NCBI GenBank assembly: GCA_964016885.1
Contig: OZ024743.1
Span: 309,194,001 to 309,258,000 of the forward strand
Direction of reading: 5' to 3'
Source: Eledone cirrhosa
Lineage: Eukaryota
Length of the DNA: 64,000 nt
Shown piece by piece: positions 25,731 to 40,249 of this stretch (its first letter is position 1; every line of letters begins with the position of its first letter). Below the pieces are notes generated by a model, which saw only the letters and a program-made list of their open reading frames with translations, was not told the DNA's origin and made no database searches. The position numbers and the translations under genes are program-made.

Positions 25731-26679
25731 GTACTTTTACCCTCCCATTTCCAATTCACCGAACGCTATCATGACTGTATGTGTGTGTTTGTGTAAATGT
25801 ATGTATGTGTTTGTGTGAAAGTATGTGTATCTGTGTGTATGGGACGTCACAGTTAGTGACTCTTGCTTCTTCCCACATCCTGGATGCAGCGGTAAGGGTG
25901 AAAGCTGCAACATATATATTATATTTGTTTGTGTTTTCCTTCTGTAAACATTATATTACATGTTTATACAAATGAGTTTAAAAAAAAAAGAGTTAAACTG
26001 TGTTGTTAATAAACAAATAAAACGTTATACTTGTTTTACCCTCCCGTTTCCAATTCACCGAACGCTATCATGACTGTATGTGTGTGTTTGTGTAAATGTA
26101 TGTGTGTTTGTGTGAATGTTTTTGTGTGAATGTTTTTATCTGAACGTATGTCTGTGAGGGTGTATTTTTATAAGTTTGTGTTTGCGCGATTATAGTTATA
26201 TACTCATACATATAGATGTTTGTATGTGCACAATCATACGCGTCAGCGTGTAGAAAATCATAATCACTCTATCTCTCTCATCACAAACTATCTCTTTTTA
26301 TATATATGGTAGTTGAAGTATTGGTGGTGGCGACGATATACCGGAAGTCTAGATATTTATAACTTTGAAAAGAAGTCAATTTTAAGTTATTTATAAATAC
26401 GAAATCTAGTTACGAAATTTAGTACATAAATTATGTAATATTTGATTAATTATTTATTCAAAGTAATCGAACTTCTTTTACAAACGGGATAAAACAATTT
26501 ATTCTGGATGCAGTCCCGCACTCCTTACTTTATTATAGTTTAGATATCCGGAAAATCCTATGTCAGTAATATACAACCACAAAAATACATTGAAAAACCC
26601 ACAGTGGAGGCTTTGTAGTAAGTAATAAATAAATAAAAAAATGAATAAGTAAAGTAAATATATTCTTCTATTTATAATA

Positions 26680-26866
26680 ATTGTTTCTACTTTTGGCACA
26701 AGGCCAGAAATTATTACAGTGCATTACTGGTACTTTATTTTTTCGACCCCGTAAGGATGAAAGGCAAAGTTAACCTCGGCGAGATTTGAACTCAGAATGG
26801 CAAGGGCCGTAACTCTATGCGTTAAAGCATGGCCTCCGACCCTCTAAGGATACTGCCAATCCACCA
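26680..26866 (-). mobile_element. tRNA-derived SINE, dominant family, tail A
   Basis: Near-identical to 23339-23518. Confidence 0.85.
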
Positions 26867-27364
26867 TTTATAATAATAAAACACAAAAAGAATATTATTT
26901 AATTTGGAAAGGGAAGGAAAGGACTCATTCGGTCATAACTGGCCATAATTGATTAGGTAAGGTGATTTTGTGTAAGATCAGCAGTGGCCTATATGCATGT
27001 CTCCCCTCTCTATGGCATTGATGTTGTCTAAGAGAAAGACAAAGTCTGTCACAAATATAATGAGTCGTAACTAAATACTATGAGACATTGTGTCGGACTC
27101 TCTAACAATTCTGCAAATTTTCCAACCTTAAATTTTTGTAAATAATCAAATGAAAGACGTCTCGTTTTAGGGAAGGAAATTTTCTCTCCGGGACCGAAAT
27201 TGCGTGTTTGGTGTAACCTCTTTACAAGTTATACAATACAATAATATTTCTTTCACTGAGAATATTTGAGGTATCAAAGTAGTAAATCGATATCTCACAA
27301 AGTGATATTTGGTAAAAAATAAAGAAATTAAAGGCGGTGAATTGGTCATTGTATTGATTCGCTG

Positions 27365-27930
27365 TAAGGCGGCGAACGTGGGAGAGAATGTATTGGGTTA
27401 TACGTTCCGGCTCTTTGCTCTCTGAATTCAAATCCAACCGAGGTCAACTTTATCTTCCATTCTTTCAAGATCAATAAAATAAGTATCAGTTCATTATTGG
27501 AGTCCATTCTTCCTATATATTTCTTTCTCACATCCCCTCTATCACTTTTCATCTTTTTCATTGGAAGAAGTCGACTATGTTGAGACATGGAGAAAGAACG
27601 TGCTCTGCCAAGTTTTAAAATGCCCAGGACACATCGTATACACCTTGCTGCCCTTACCATTCCATCAAGAGTTACGGATCCTTACATACAATACAAAAAC
27701 AAAATTGGGCGACAAAGTGGCAGGGTGGTTAGAACGTCAAATAAAATGCCTTGTGGTATTTGTTCCCGCTTTTCGCTATTTGAGTTCAAATGTCGATGAC
27801 CTCAATTTTATCTTTCATCGCTTAAAGGTCAATTCCTTATCTATATATCTTTCTCTGTGGCTATTTCTATGGAAGAAGTCGATAGTATTCAAGTTTAAAT
27901 GCTCAAGACACTCCGCCTTATGTCACAATG
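27365..27930 (+). mobile_element. two diverged copies of the dominant SINE (tail B)
   Basis: aaggcggcgaac...gaattcaaatcc...aggtcaacttt (27365) and ggcgacaaagtggcag...gagttcaaat (27707). Confidence 0.7.
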
Positions 27931-28852
27931 GTGTCACGACAAATCCCTCAATAATTAAGGGTACATGGCATGAAAAAACAAAATATTTAAGCGTTAATAT
28001 TTAAATAAAACATCTTATGACGAATCATTTCATTGTAATATTTCTCATTGTTTTTTTTTATTATTAATAACTGGTGTGATTGAAATGTGTTTACTGTTGA
28101 ATTTTTATTTCTGTTTACTGTGAAGCGACGTGGCCTAGTGGTTAGGGTGTTCGGGTCACGATCGTATCTTTAGAAGCTCGATTCCTGGATTCCCGATTCT
28201 ATCTGCGTAAGACACTTTATTTCACATTGCTCCAGTGGTTTCAGCAGAGAATCTTTACGAGAAATACGTTTAGGGTACATGTGGCTTTGGCATGCTCAGC
28301 TACTTGCAATTTAATTTCACGTGAAACCTGTTTCGCAGTTCGAACAACTGGAACAGCTATCGTCCGAACCGACGGAGGCCCAACTCGAGGAGTTTGTTTC
28401 GTTCTGTCCTTATTTCATGTTGCTTAGCTACAAAACTGAATTGCAGCTGTAATGCAATGAACCAGTCTTATTACACATTATTTCATGCTCGCTCTCTCAG
28501 AACTGCATTAAAAGAATGTGGAAAGGTCAGTCATGTACTTAAAAGTGAGAACTACGTTAAGAGATCACCTATCTGTGGAAATCTGAGCCATGTACTTTAC
28601 ATACACATGAGAACTACGCTAAGGGAACTCACATTTGGAAATGTCAGCTATGTACTTTACTTACACATGAGAACTACGTTAAGGGATTACTTATCTGTGG
28701 CAATGTAAACGAGAGAACTATGTTAAGGGAACACGTGTCTGTGAAAGTATCAACTATGTACTTATTAGCACGATAGTGTCATCAGTAGGTTAACTGAAAC
28801 ACTCGCTGTCGAAATCGGCAGAGGTCCAACACACACATTTATATACATAATA

Positions 28853-29170
28853 ATGTACTCATGCGTGGGGGCGCTATAATATAGCTTATAAAATAGGGTG
28901 AAGACCCTTAAAAGGGGGAAAAAGAATTTGCCATCGGCCGCTATGAAGAGTCGAAACCCATATCTCTCATATACCGGCTAGGTACTTTTAACTATTACAC
29001 TAAGGGATCATGACAACTCTTACCATCTTAAATTAGTTTATAAAATAGGGTGAACACCCTGGGGAACGATTCCCCATAACGGTCGATGGTAACTTCTTTT
29101 TCCATCTTTTAAGGGTCTTAATTCCATCTTGTAAGGTATTTTATAGCGTCTCCAGGCATGAGCATAACAT
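28853..29170 (-). mobile_element. tRNA-headed ~152-bp unit with direct repeat and inverted arm
   Basis: Minus strand tagtgtaatagttaa (A box-like)...gggtttcgactc (B box-like); ttataaaatagggtgaa at 28886 and 29038; 29074-29170 inverted relative to 28853-28945. Confidence 0.55.
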
Positions 29171-29765
29171 TCTTTACATTAACTTCATCTTCTCAGCGCT
29201 TTGTAAGAGTCCGAGATATCAACTACGTATATACACACATTTATATTTACTATATATAGAATAGAAGTTTGGCTAGTGTCCGATTATCGGACTCACCAGA
29301 CATGTGCTTACCTGAATACTCTTGAAACAATAACATTTATATTCATTGATCTTGTAACCATAAAATTTGTTGTATACTATGTTTTAGCTATTATCGATTT
29401 GACCAATTTTTCAACGATAACATCAAGATTATATATTGAACTGGTTTCGATTTTTGAAAACAATTATACATATAAATTGCCATAACAAACAATTGCTTGA
29501 TACACATCAATCATTGCTTTTATTATTAAGAAGCCAGCACAGGTAAATAATTCAGTCAGGTGTAATCTCATAAAATTTATTATTGCTATGAAAACATTTT
29601 AGATTTGTTAGTATGCATGTTCGTTTGTTTATGTGAAAATATTTATATGCAGCCAACGCACGCGTGTCTTTATTTAGGTGTGCTGTTTTGCATATTACGA
29701 ATAAAGCATATATTCAGGGACCGCAGAGGTGTTTTAATGTTATTGTAATGAAAACAATGCACATG

Positions 29766-29890
<125 letters not shown>

Positions 29891-30030
29891 ACACACACAC
29901 ACACACACACACCTCAAGAGGTAAATGATAACCATTTTGTACAAGATTTGTTTAGGAAGTAGTAGTTTGGTAGAACAGTACTGAGACGATACCTTTCTAT
30001 ATCTACTTACTCATCCTTTGACAATAATTA

Positions 30031-30124
<94 letters not shown>

Positions 30125-30956
30125 AGTGTATCGAACTAGACAAACCGAGATGTGCTAGTACGCCGAAATTTCCCACCAGCTCAATGATTTCACGGGATTT
30201 GCACTTCCGAACTACTTGTCCGTTATTCAGAGCATACATTTAGTTATTAGTGGTAAGTTCGAGTCATGATATAAGTTAAAACAATGAAATAAAAAATCAA
30301 GTCATTAGAGATATACTTCACTGCTTTACGATCGTTTCTAGGTGATGATAATACATTGTAGCTATACTCCGTTATTGATCTATGTAAGGTTAGTTACAAA
30401 ATATCAGATAAAGAGAATATTTACTTATATATCACCAGCTGTTTTCAAATGCAATAATAATTTTATTCAGTATTAGTAGTATGTTAGTATCATGTCCTTA
30501 TTTGGGGGTAGATGAAGAACTAACCAATCAAATTGTTCTTTTCATATGGTGTTAAGATGAAAAGTAATACACTTTAGTTGAGGTCATGTCTCTTTGAAAG
30601 GAATGGTTGGATGGTGTTAATAGTAGAATTGGCATAAAACTCTATTAGGAGGAAAGGGATTGTCAAACTGATAGTTGAATGTATCTGGTATAGTGAATTT
30701 AAAAGGAATGTCAAAATAAATGGTGATTAGTGTTGTATTGAGTTTTTAGGTGAATATAAATTAAGGAAAGATAGTATATTAAAAGATGAAAATTATCGTT
30801 TAAACGATTAAATGAACACTGAATGAACGATTAAATAAAAACACACACAGGCACCCGGTTGTAACACATGCGCAAACTAAACACACAACACACACACAAA
30901 CAAGATGGCGTAAGACAGAACAAAGGAGAGGCACAAAACAAAGAAAAGAATCCCCA

Positions 30957-30999
30957 GTAACTGAAGAGGTCACAGAATGTGTGACGAAAGAACTTTGAC
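30957..30999 (+). ncRNA. type I hammerhead ribozyme in a pLTR-like segment ending at ~31150
   Basis: gtaa CTGAAGA g gtcaca gaatg tgtgac GAAA gaac TT tgac; segment 3' end matches 15073-15115. Confidence 0.6.
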
Positions 31000-31256
31000 A
31001 ATATATGAACAACCGTCTGGTTATGGAATCAACCAACCAACCGGAAATTTATAAATTTTTAAATTTATAATTTAAATTATAATAAATTGGAGTGAAACAA
31101 CAGGTGCGTGTGTTTCTTATTGGCAACATGACCCTCCCAAAGTATAACAATATATATATATTTATTAAAATATTTGCTCTACGGTTCTTATACATTTGAT
31201 ATATATTTATCCTTATCGAGCCCTCTTTGGATTTTAGTCTTCAAATTTATTATTAT

Positions 31257-31321
<65 letters not shown>

Positions 31322-31893
31322 TGACAATATATATATATATATACCCTTGCAAGCAGGGAAAAGCGGACGTAAAATGATGATGATGATGATGATGATGATG
31401 ATATATATATATATGAAATTAAATAAAAAATGTTTTACATTATACATCACTATTATTTTTGTTTTTAATGGAATATTTAGGTGCGGATCTATCGTACCTG
31501 CAATCTCTACACCCTACGATATTATATTTCTATATGTGAACATCTCCACTTATGGGTCGAGCTGTGAAGGAACGTAACTTCGTGATTAAGTCAAAAGTCT
31601 CACGATCATAACGTCACGAATTCGATCTCCGGCAGGGCGCTGTATCCTTGAGTTAGACATTTTAATTCACGTTACTTCCGTTCACTCAGCGAGCAAAAGT
31701 AATTTGTTCCTTTAATTCGAAGAGTTACTCTTGTTTCACATTATATAATGCTGAATCTCCCTGAGAACTATGTCAAGATTACAGGAAGCTGTGGAATACT
31801 CAGCCACAAGTATGTTAAATTTACGATAAGGCTGTTCCTTTAATCGAACAACTGGTGTATTTATTGTCAGATCCGGTAGTGGTGGACCAAAAG

Positions 31894-31969
<76 letters not shown>

Positions 31970-31998
31970 TCACACACATGCACGCACACACACACACG

Positions 31999-32034
<36 letters not shown>

Positions 32035-32350
32035 AACACACACGCACATAAAAGTCGATGTGTTCTGAAATTAAAGCTACATTGTACGTGTGTACTGCTG
32101 TGAATATACCTGTTATTTGACTTTGTTTTGTATTGTTGTTTTTTTTTAGTTATTAATATAGATCTTAAACGAGCCGATACTTGTTTATCTAAGCATGTGT
32201 ATTTCTGTGCATATGATGTGTATTGTGTATAAGTATTGTGTATATTGTGTGTATATGGTATAGAAAGCAGAAATACCGCAAAATGCAACGCGTCCAAGAA
32301 AAACAGTATGGCTGTGTAGTGCAGGAAAAGTCTAATTATGTATAAGTATG

Positions 32351-32403
<53 letters not shown>

Positions 32404-32684
32404 CGACGTTTTCTTTTGCGGTATATTAATTATACAGCCTTTAAGCGAGCAAGTTATTAGTGCTCTTAACTCATAGCTGAGTCAACCTGTCTAGGGAGAG
32501 GATGTCCACCGCCATATTATAAATGGGACGGTAATTAGAAGGTGAGTCGCGATTTTATAAATATACATACATACATGCATACATACATATATACATACAT
32601 AGATATACACATACATACTTACACATATATATATATATATCTATATACATAAATACACACACACTCAAACACACACACACACTC

Positions 32685-32771
<87 letters not shown>

Positions 32772-32773
32772 AC

Positions 32774-32824
<51 letters not shown>

Positions 32825-33054
32825 AAACACCCCCCCCCCACACACACATATATAATATAGTGAAGGCGGTGAGTTTTATTGTAGCACAATAAAGCAATGC
32901 AAATATCGGATAAGTAGCACTCTACAGTTTGTAGGACTGGAGTATAAATAATATAAGATCAAAAGATGGTTAAAAGAGTTCCAAGTATTTTATTATGCGC
33001 ATTTCAAAAACAAATATCATCATGGGATGATATAAGCTTCATATCATGTCTCCC

Positions 33055-33125
33055 TATTTTATCTGATGAGAACGCAGATATCATCCCATGATGATATTTG
33101 TTTTTGAAATGCGCATAATAAAATA
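33055..33125 (+). ncRNA. type I hammerhead ribozyme within foldback 32949-33165
   Basis: tattttat CTGATGA gaacgcagatatcatc cca tgatgatatttgttttt GAAA tgcgca TA ataaaata; 8-bp perfect stem I. Confidence 0.88.
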
Positions 33126-33186
33126 CTTGGAACTCTTTTAACCATCTTTTGATCTTATATTATATATAATATATATATATATATAT

Positions 33187-33364
33187 ATTTGAAAAAAAGG
33201 AAAAGAATGACTTCACTTGTAATTCTAAACAATTTGATTTAATTTTATATTATAATAATATGAGTTGGTGGATCTACCGTCTCATAATATTCTAATATTA
33301 TAAAATTAAATCAAATTGTTGGGAACTACAAGTGAAGTCATTCTTATCCTTTCTTTCAAATATA
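33187..33364. repeat. foldback, ~85-bp arms
   Basis: aagaatgacttcacttgta / tacaagtgaagtcattctt; apex ~33275. Confidence 0.8.
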
Positions 33365-33423
33365 CCTAACTGTACCAAGGATCTCACACATTTTCCAATA
33401 TATGTATATACACACACACACAC

Positions 33424-33468
<45 letters not shown>

Positions 33469-33535
33469 CATACATATATATATATATAGGGGTGAAAGCA
33501 GCGATTCTTTGCTTAAACTTTAATCTGTTATTTTA

Positions 33536-33757
<222 letters not shown>

Positions 33758-34438
33758 AAATTAGGATAAGACAACGAACGAAAGACAGAATGAAACAGAA
33801 TTTGAAAGGGGAACGTTAAACATATTTTTTTCTGAAAATAAAAAGACAAATGAAAGACACAGAACTCCAAGGTCTTCAGCCGTTGAGATGGACTTTGGCA
33901 GTTTCGAATCCTAACAACGGCACTGCTGGTCCATTCGGGGCCACAGCGTCTGACAAACAAGCAAAAGTGCTGTTCGTGGCAAGAAGAAACAGTAGCTAAC
34001 AGCAAGTAAACCATAGCATGTGCACATAGAATTTTATATAATGTGTTTTTTATAGCAACGATAGTTTCAGGAAACTTTAAAAAGGGAGATAAAAAAAACA
34101 AAAAGGAAAATATTAAAAAAGGCAAGAAGAAAGTAAGATATTATGCTTAAAAAATGTGATCCATTGAAATTATTAGGAGGAGAATAATGAACACGTTCTT
34201 CACAGATTGATAATAATATAATTAGGATAATTGACAATGAAAGGAAAGTCAAAACGAAAAAACAATTATATATATGGTTATATTAATAAATAGGGAATAT
34301 CTTTGGTATCTGTGTAATATCTCAACAATTCATACAGCAAATGTTTACAATCAAAATTACTGAAACTGTTGGTTCAAAGGTAACACAATCATATATATAC
34401 GGAATTGCTGGAAATCTCACATACTTCCTCATCAAAAT

Positions 34439-34725
34439 AATTGCTTCTACTTTTGGCACAAGGCCAGCAATTATCCCAGTGTATTACTGGTACTTTATTT
34501 TATCAACCCCGTAAGGATGAAAGGCAAAGTTAACCTTGGTGGGATTTGAGCTGAGACCGTAAAGGGCCGTAACTCTATTCTGCAAAGCATGGCGTCCGAC
34601 CCTCTACCGTTACTGCCAATCCACCACCCCATTGAAATATAATATCGGTGGATTGGCAGTATCGTTAGAGGTTCGGATGCCATGCTTTCCAGCATAGAGT
34701 TACGGCCCTTTACGGTCTGAGTTCA
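34439..34725. mobile_element. dominant SINE (-; 34439-34628) head-to-head with a SINE 5' part (+; 34647-34725)
   Basis: Family sequence on both strands. Confidence 0.8.
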
Positions 34726-35380
34726 CCCCCAACGATACTCCCCCACTCTCCATATTCGTGTCCGCACGCGCACACGCACACACATATGTCTACATATACA
34801 TATGGCCGTGTGTGAGCGTGTGTCGATATGTGTGGGCAGGGATGGGCGTATGTGTTGTGTGGTGGGTGTGTTTATACAACAATATGTGTGCACATATATA
34901 CCTATATGTGTGTGCGTATACGTGTATACAAAGCATCTGTCAGACGATGACCGACTAGCTATGTATCTGGGTAATGACCTTGACGCCACCAATACATCCA
35001 CCACACCACCACAAACGCCACTACCATAGACAGCGGCACCAATACCACACCCCCCCACACACACGCCAACCCGTCTACTGACAACCCACTAACCTCATAC
35101 CACAGCCCATCCCACTAAGCAACCATAACCACCACCATATCATGACACCCACACCTACACATACTCTACACGCCAAGGCCAATCAACCACCACCACACCA
35201 CAGCCCATCTCATCCACCCATCGTCACCAACATCTCACCATCACACCCACCCCCATATACACTACAGGCCAGTACATCGCTTTGACCCTTCCCACCAATC
35301 AAAACAACTCATTTTGTCAAACTCTTGAAACTCTGACTTTATCACATAGCATGTATTTCATTTTCTTATAGCATTTTGGA

Positions 35381-35467
35381 AGGTCCGTCCAGCTGCGGAT
35401 TATTGAGTCGGGTAGGATCGATATAGATCGAACCTTGAGCTGATCAGTGGCGAAACGCGCGTCACCT
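35381..35467 (+). ncRNA. degenerate hammerhead (core mutated) at the 3' end of a pLTR-like segment
   Basis: aggt ccgtcca gctgc...gtggc GAAAC gcgc GTC acct, then AATAAA at 35471 and a CT/TA tail. Confidence 0.5.
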
Positions 35468-35724
35468 ATCAATAAATGCAATGAAGGAATAATCAATCGT
35501 CCTTTTTATCCTCTCTCTCTCTATATATATATATAGTTGTTATATAGTAAGGTGTATTATTGGTTGTGTCATACGGGCCAATAAACGTTTGTTAGCAATA
35601 TTAAGTTCTCCACGCTTTTGTATATCTCCAATTCCATTTATGGGAACAGCTAGATGATGTAAAACGGAGTATTTGTATCAAAATAAAGATCCGAAGACAT
35701 GGTATAAATTCCCAATCATTTTAA

Positions 35725-35798
35725 TCACGACACATGTTTCAATAAGAGATAGATCGATCGTGCGGCCATGATCGATTATCACTGATCTCGTCAGGTGA
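35725..35798 (-). ncRNA. type I hammerhead ribozyme with extended stem II
   Basis: Reverse complement: tcac CTGACGA gat..atcgatc atggccgcac gatcgat..att GAAAC atgt GTC gtga. Confidence 0.8.
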
Positions 35799-36139
35799 AA
35801 ATGAATTGTCTTCAAATCCTTGATACGAGGGAGAAAATTTAACGATGTTCACTCACTAGAGTTTTGTCCCCCATATTATTTTGATATTTATATATAAATA
35901 TATAGCGTAGGTGGTTCAGTGAATTACTGGTGTTGTTACCAAAGCAAGCACTCTATGCACAGGCAGAGTGTATATATTAGAAGAGCAGTTTGATAGTGGA
36001 GTCGGGTCCATAACTCTTATAAGTGACCATGAGCCAATCCTCTGCCAAACATCCTCGTTTTTATTTTCTAATATATATATATATATATAAATATCATATA
36101 TTTTCACTAGCTCTGACAGTTGGCGGCAGGTGAACATTG

Positions 36140-36187
36140 AACTGCACTGATGAAGCGTAATACCCAGAAACATTAGTATCTGCAGTT
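36140..36187 (+). ncRNA. hammerhead ribozyme, partly decayed
   Basis: aactgca CTGATGA agcgtaataccca GAAAC atta GTA tc tgcagtt; element 3' end 36237-36330 has an inverted copy at ~36600-36699. Confidence 0.55.
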
Positions 36188-36417
36188 CTGTTTACATGCC
36201 AACACAAGAGCAAGAATGAGGGGCTCACTCTACTGACAGAAACCATGTTGTCCAATGCTCTACTAGTTCTACTAAAAAGAATATTGATAATATGACATAA
36301 TATATATATATATATGTATACATATACATATATATGCGTGTGTGTGTGTGACACACACATACACACACATACACACACACACACATATATATATATATAC
36401 ATATATATACACACATG

Positions 36418-36492
<75 letters not shown>

Positions 36493-36608
36493 ATGTGTGT
36501 ATCCCAAAAAATGTATACATCATTCTAATAAATATTATCTGTACAGGTAATTAAAGTGTGTATAAATGTTTAGGACACACACACACACACGCATATATAT
36601 GTATATGT

Positions 36609-36639
<31 letters not shown>

Positions 36640-37509
36640 GTCATATTATCAATATTCTTTTTAGTAGAACTAGTAGAGCATTGGACAACATGGTTTCTGC
36701 CAAGTTCACTTTACTTTTTACCTTTCTCTGGGCGATACAATAATAATGGTTATACTGCTTGTTATTTCATGATGATACAAAACAATAAAAAAAAACAAAA
36801 AAAAACAAAAAAAAACAAAAAAAAACACAATAACAAAAAAAAACATGAAATTACCCTGTGTTTACGTCTGGAATGACTCTTAAAATTCTATGTTATAGTC
36901 CAGATGTCTGGAACCTGTGGAGCTGCTTGAAGTTTTTATGCCTACCACGTATGACTATTCAGCGTCTGAAATGTTATTAAATCTGATTTTTATAATTAAA
37001 ATACAAGTTGTTCCTCATGACACACCATTTGAAACAATTTCAGATAAATGTTAAATTTAAAAAATCACATTGAGTAAGAAAAATATATCTTAATTTATGT
37101 TTACTCGTATGTATACTTGTTTATAATAATTTATGCGGCTCTCATACTCTCAAACTTGGGTTTTTGTTTTAGGTAGAAATTACTTTTTTTAACTCTTGGC
37201 ATCTTGTACCAGATACAACCACATTAGTAAGTCGTTCCTGAAAACTACAAAGAGTACATCACCTTAGAAATTAAAGTATTTGCTCTAATACTACAAGCCT
37301 GTCTACTAGTAAAGATACTATAAACATTTGGATTATCAAACCTCATGAAACCACATTCGCGAGACATTCTAGAATAACACAAAACAGAATTATGCGTACA
37401 TCACATTAAACATTAAAGTCGTGACTCTAAAACTGCTGTTTTTCACCACAATCTGTCCATGAATTACCAAATCCGTTTTTAAATAGTTTCTGCTAAATCT
37501 ATGTTACTT

Positions 37510-37712
37510 AATAGAAATAGAAGCTTTCGCCGTATTTTTTTTACTAAAGAAATTTTAGCCTGATAGTGGGGTTTATAACCCTCTAAGAAATGGAAAATGA
37601 CGCGTATGTACGTCAATACTCATCTTTTTCCATTTCTTAGAGGGTTCTTAACCCCACTATCAGGCTAAAATTTTTTTAGTCAAATAATACGGCGAAAGCT
37701 TCTATTTCTATT
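37510..37712. repeat. foldback, ~90-bp arms, ending in an HHR-like 3' half (cGAAAgctTC)
   Basis: aatagaaatagaagctttcgccgtatt / aatacggcgaaagcttctatttctatt. Confidence 0.8.
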
Positions 37713-38350
37713 TTCAAACTCGCTCGTCATTTCAAGACAAACTTACTATATTAGTTAATTTGAAAAGGTTCCCCGTCTCTGTTCTAGCTAAATGATACAT
37801 ACATAGATAAATAAAAACAAAATAAAACATTAAAATTAGAGGTAAACGTAAAAAATAGTTTCACTGTTGCAGCTGAAGTGAATAAATGTATGTAGTATTT
37901 GAGTGTTAATTAAATAGACAATATGATGTCTCAAAATGCATTATAATTAATTCGGACTAAAGTCAGTATAGCACTGGGGAAAATAACTTAACTTGCGTAA
38001 TAACATCTCTATAATTCACTGAGGACGGCAAAACATACAAAGCTGGAATTCGATTTTCATCCGCCCAGGTTGCATATAATAACAAGCATCACTACCATAT
38101 TGAGATAGATTTAATCGACTTTCCTTCCCCACACCAGAACATACAGAAGTGTGCCAATCTAAGAAATTATTCTTTATTTACATTACGGATTTGAGGTAAA
38201 CGAATTAAGTAAATGACAGCTACATATCACTCCATTAACAATTTTGAAATATTTTAGCTTCATCTTTTAAAAGCACACATAAGTACACATATATACAATT
38301 AGACAATTACTAGCACTCACTACACATACACGTACATCAATCCCCCCCCC

Positions 38351-38409
<59 letters not shown>

Positions 38410-38660
38410 CGAAGCTAATCGGATAGAATCCTTATAGCTCCGGCCGTTATTTAGTCACTCAATGACTTTTTAAAGAATCGTATGCTGTCAATACTAACTT
38501 ATAATCCAGAGTGCATACATTTTATTTATTAATAAATAAGCGGTTGTGGGTATGTCTACCAAATACACCGGGCGGCAGGCAGTTTCTGCGCTATGTTCTG
38601 TGTGCAACATTTATATCAGCAAGTGTTACTCACAGAAGTCATACATGAATGCTATATATT

Positions 38661-38956
38661 ATACTAGCAGAATAGCCCGGCCTTGCTCGGGATTTGCTGT
38701 AGGGTTCTTATATATTTGTAATATTTTTATCCTTATCGAGCCTCGTGAAATAAATACGTTTGTTTATATTTTGTTATTGTGTATGAAAAAATATCTGTAC
38801 ACGAATATATAATTATATATATATATATTAAAATAACAGATTAAAGTTTAAGCAAAGAATCGGTGCTTTCACCCTTAAAGGGATCTTCTGAAACTAAAAA
38901 ATTCAATCTGTGAACGCAGAAGTAAATATTTCGAAAAACGTTACACACACACACAC

Positions 38957-39023
<67 letters not shown>

Positions 39024-39342
39024 TATATATACATATATACACACACACACATATATCGTCATAATGTCGTAATGCAGACAACCAGGCATACATACATATA
39101 TTATAAGGGCGCAACGTTATATCTATGTATCTATCTAAAAAGAAAGGCCAATAATTATAGAGAGAGATCGTTAAATCGCCTAATGCGGTCCCTAACGCAT
39201 TGAAAATTTCAAATCTTTTTTGCTCAAAACACTCAGATGACCATAAGTATTACATGTGTAAAGTTTGAAAACAATCGGTTGGGTGGTTCTCGAGCTTTAG
39301 GGAGTTAGACAGACAGACATTCTCTGTTTTAGATATATAGAT
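38661..39342 (+). mobile_element. non-autonomous Helitron/Helentron-like (DINE/Lep1-type) element
   Basis: 5' atACTAGcag..cccggccttgctcggg hairpin; 3' tgtaaagtttgaaaacaatcggtt...(gaca)n...atatatagat. Confidence 0.7.
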
Positions 39343-40249
39343 AACCTGGGCTATGTAACGGTTCATCAGCGGGATCCGGCCCGAATTACGACGGGAAATC
39401 TATCCGAACGACAGCTACAGTTCAACTGCTACAGTTTCTGACAGTAACAGCACGTGATCTTATAAAGAGGAGATCGGTTAAAAATGATCCGTTGTGTGGA
39501 ACACATGTTGGTGGGAAAGGCCTGAATGTACATCTAAGCTCTCAACTAGGTTAGTTATATGAAGATAAAAAAAAAGACATGCAAAAAATGTTCAAATGGA
39601 ACTAAGAATAAAATAGCGTTCAACTTACGATGAAAAGCAAAGCCATCGGCTGAAAGATGAAATAAATGTATACCGAAAGTCTGTTTTGCCGAGAACGCGA
39701 ATACTACAAATCAAGGTAGTACTCTACGTATGAGAAGGGGGAGAGTAGGTATAAAAGAAGGTATAAACACAACCTTGCCGCCTAACAGTTGGGTGGTGTC
39801 CTTGGCCTTAGATCCACCTCCCTACTTATTACCATCGGCACAGAGTTGGCTATCCGCAGGGGAGAGTCTCGCGAGCTGGAATGGATCTTCCAGCGTGTCT
39901 CCCTCACCATACTCTAGGGAAACGACTTCTCTATTCTATCCTCCAGAACCGTGGGGTGGCCAGTGCGTGGGCATCAATTTGCTCATAATAGTGAGAGATG
40001 GAGAGAACGGGAGAGATGGAGGCAGTGATAGTGGGAGTTTGGTTCCATTGTGTTCGGACCTGGTGTATTTATTTACCACACCACATTAAGTATATATTTA
40101 TATATCTCCATTGCTCCGGGCTCGACCGCAAACCTGTCGGAGAGCGACGGATATTTGGAGAGTTTACCCTCCTTGGCCCAAAGTGGTAACATGTCCGAGA
40201 ATAGTGTATACTAAACTATCTTTAAACTATAATAATTCATGTACATTAA

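Noticed and set aside
39343-39380. CTGATGA on the minus strand
   Set aside because: Truncated by the Helitron-like element; no GAAA or stem III visible
39680-40190. GC-richer segment ending in gtggtaaca, possible solo LTR or exon
   Set aside because: No matching 5' TG boundary with a TSD and no recognisable protein
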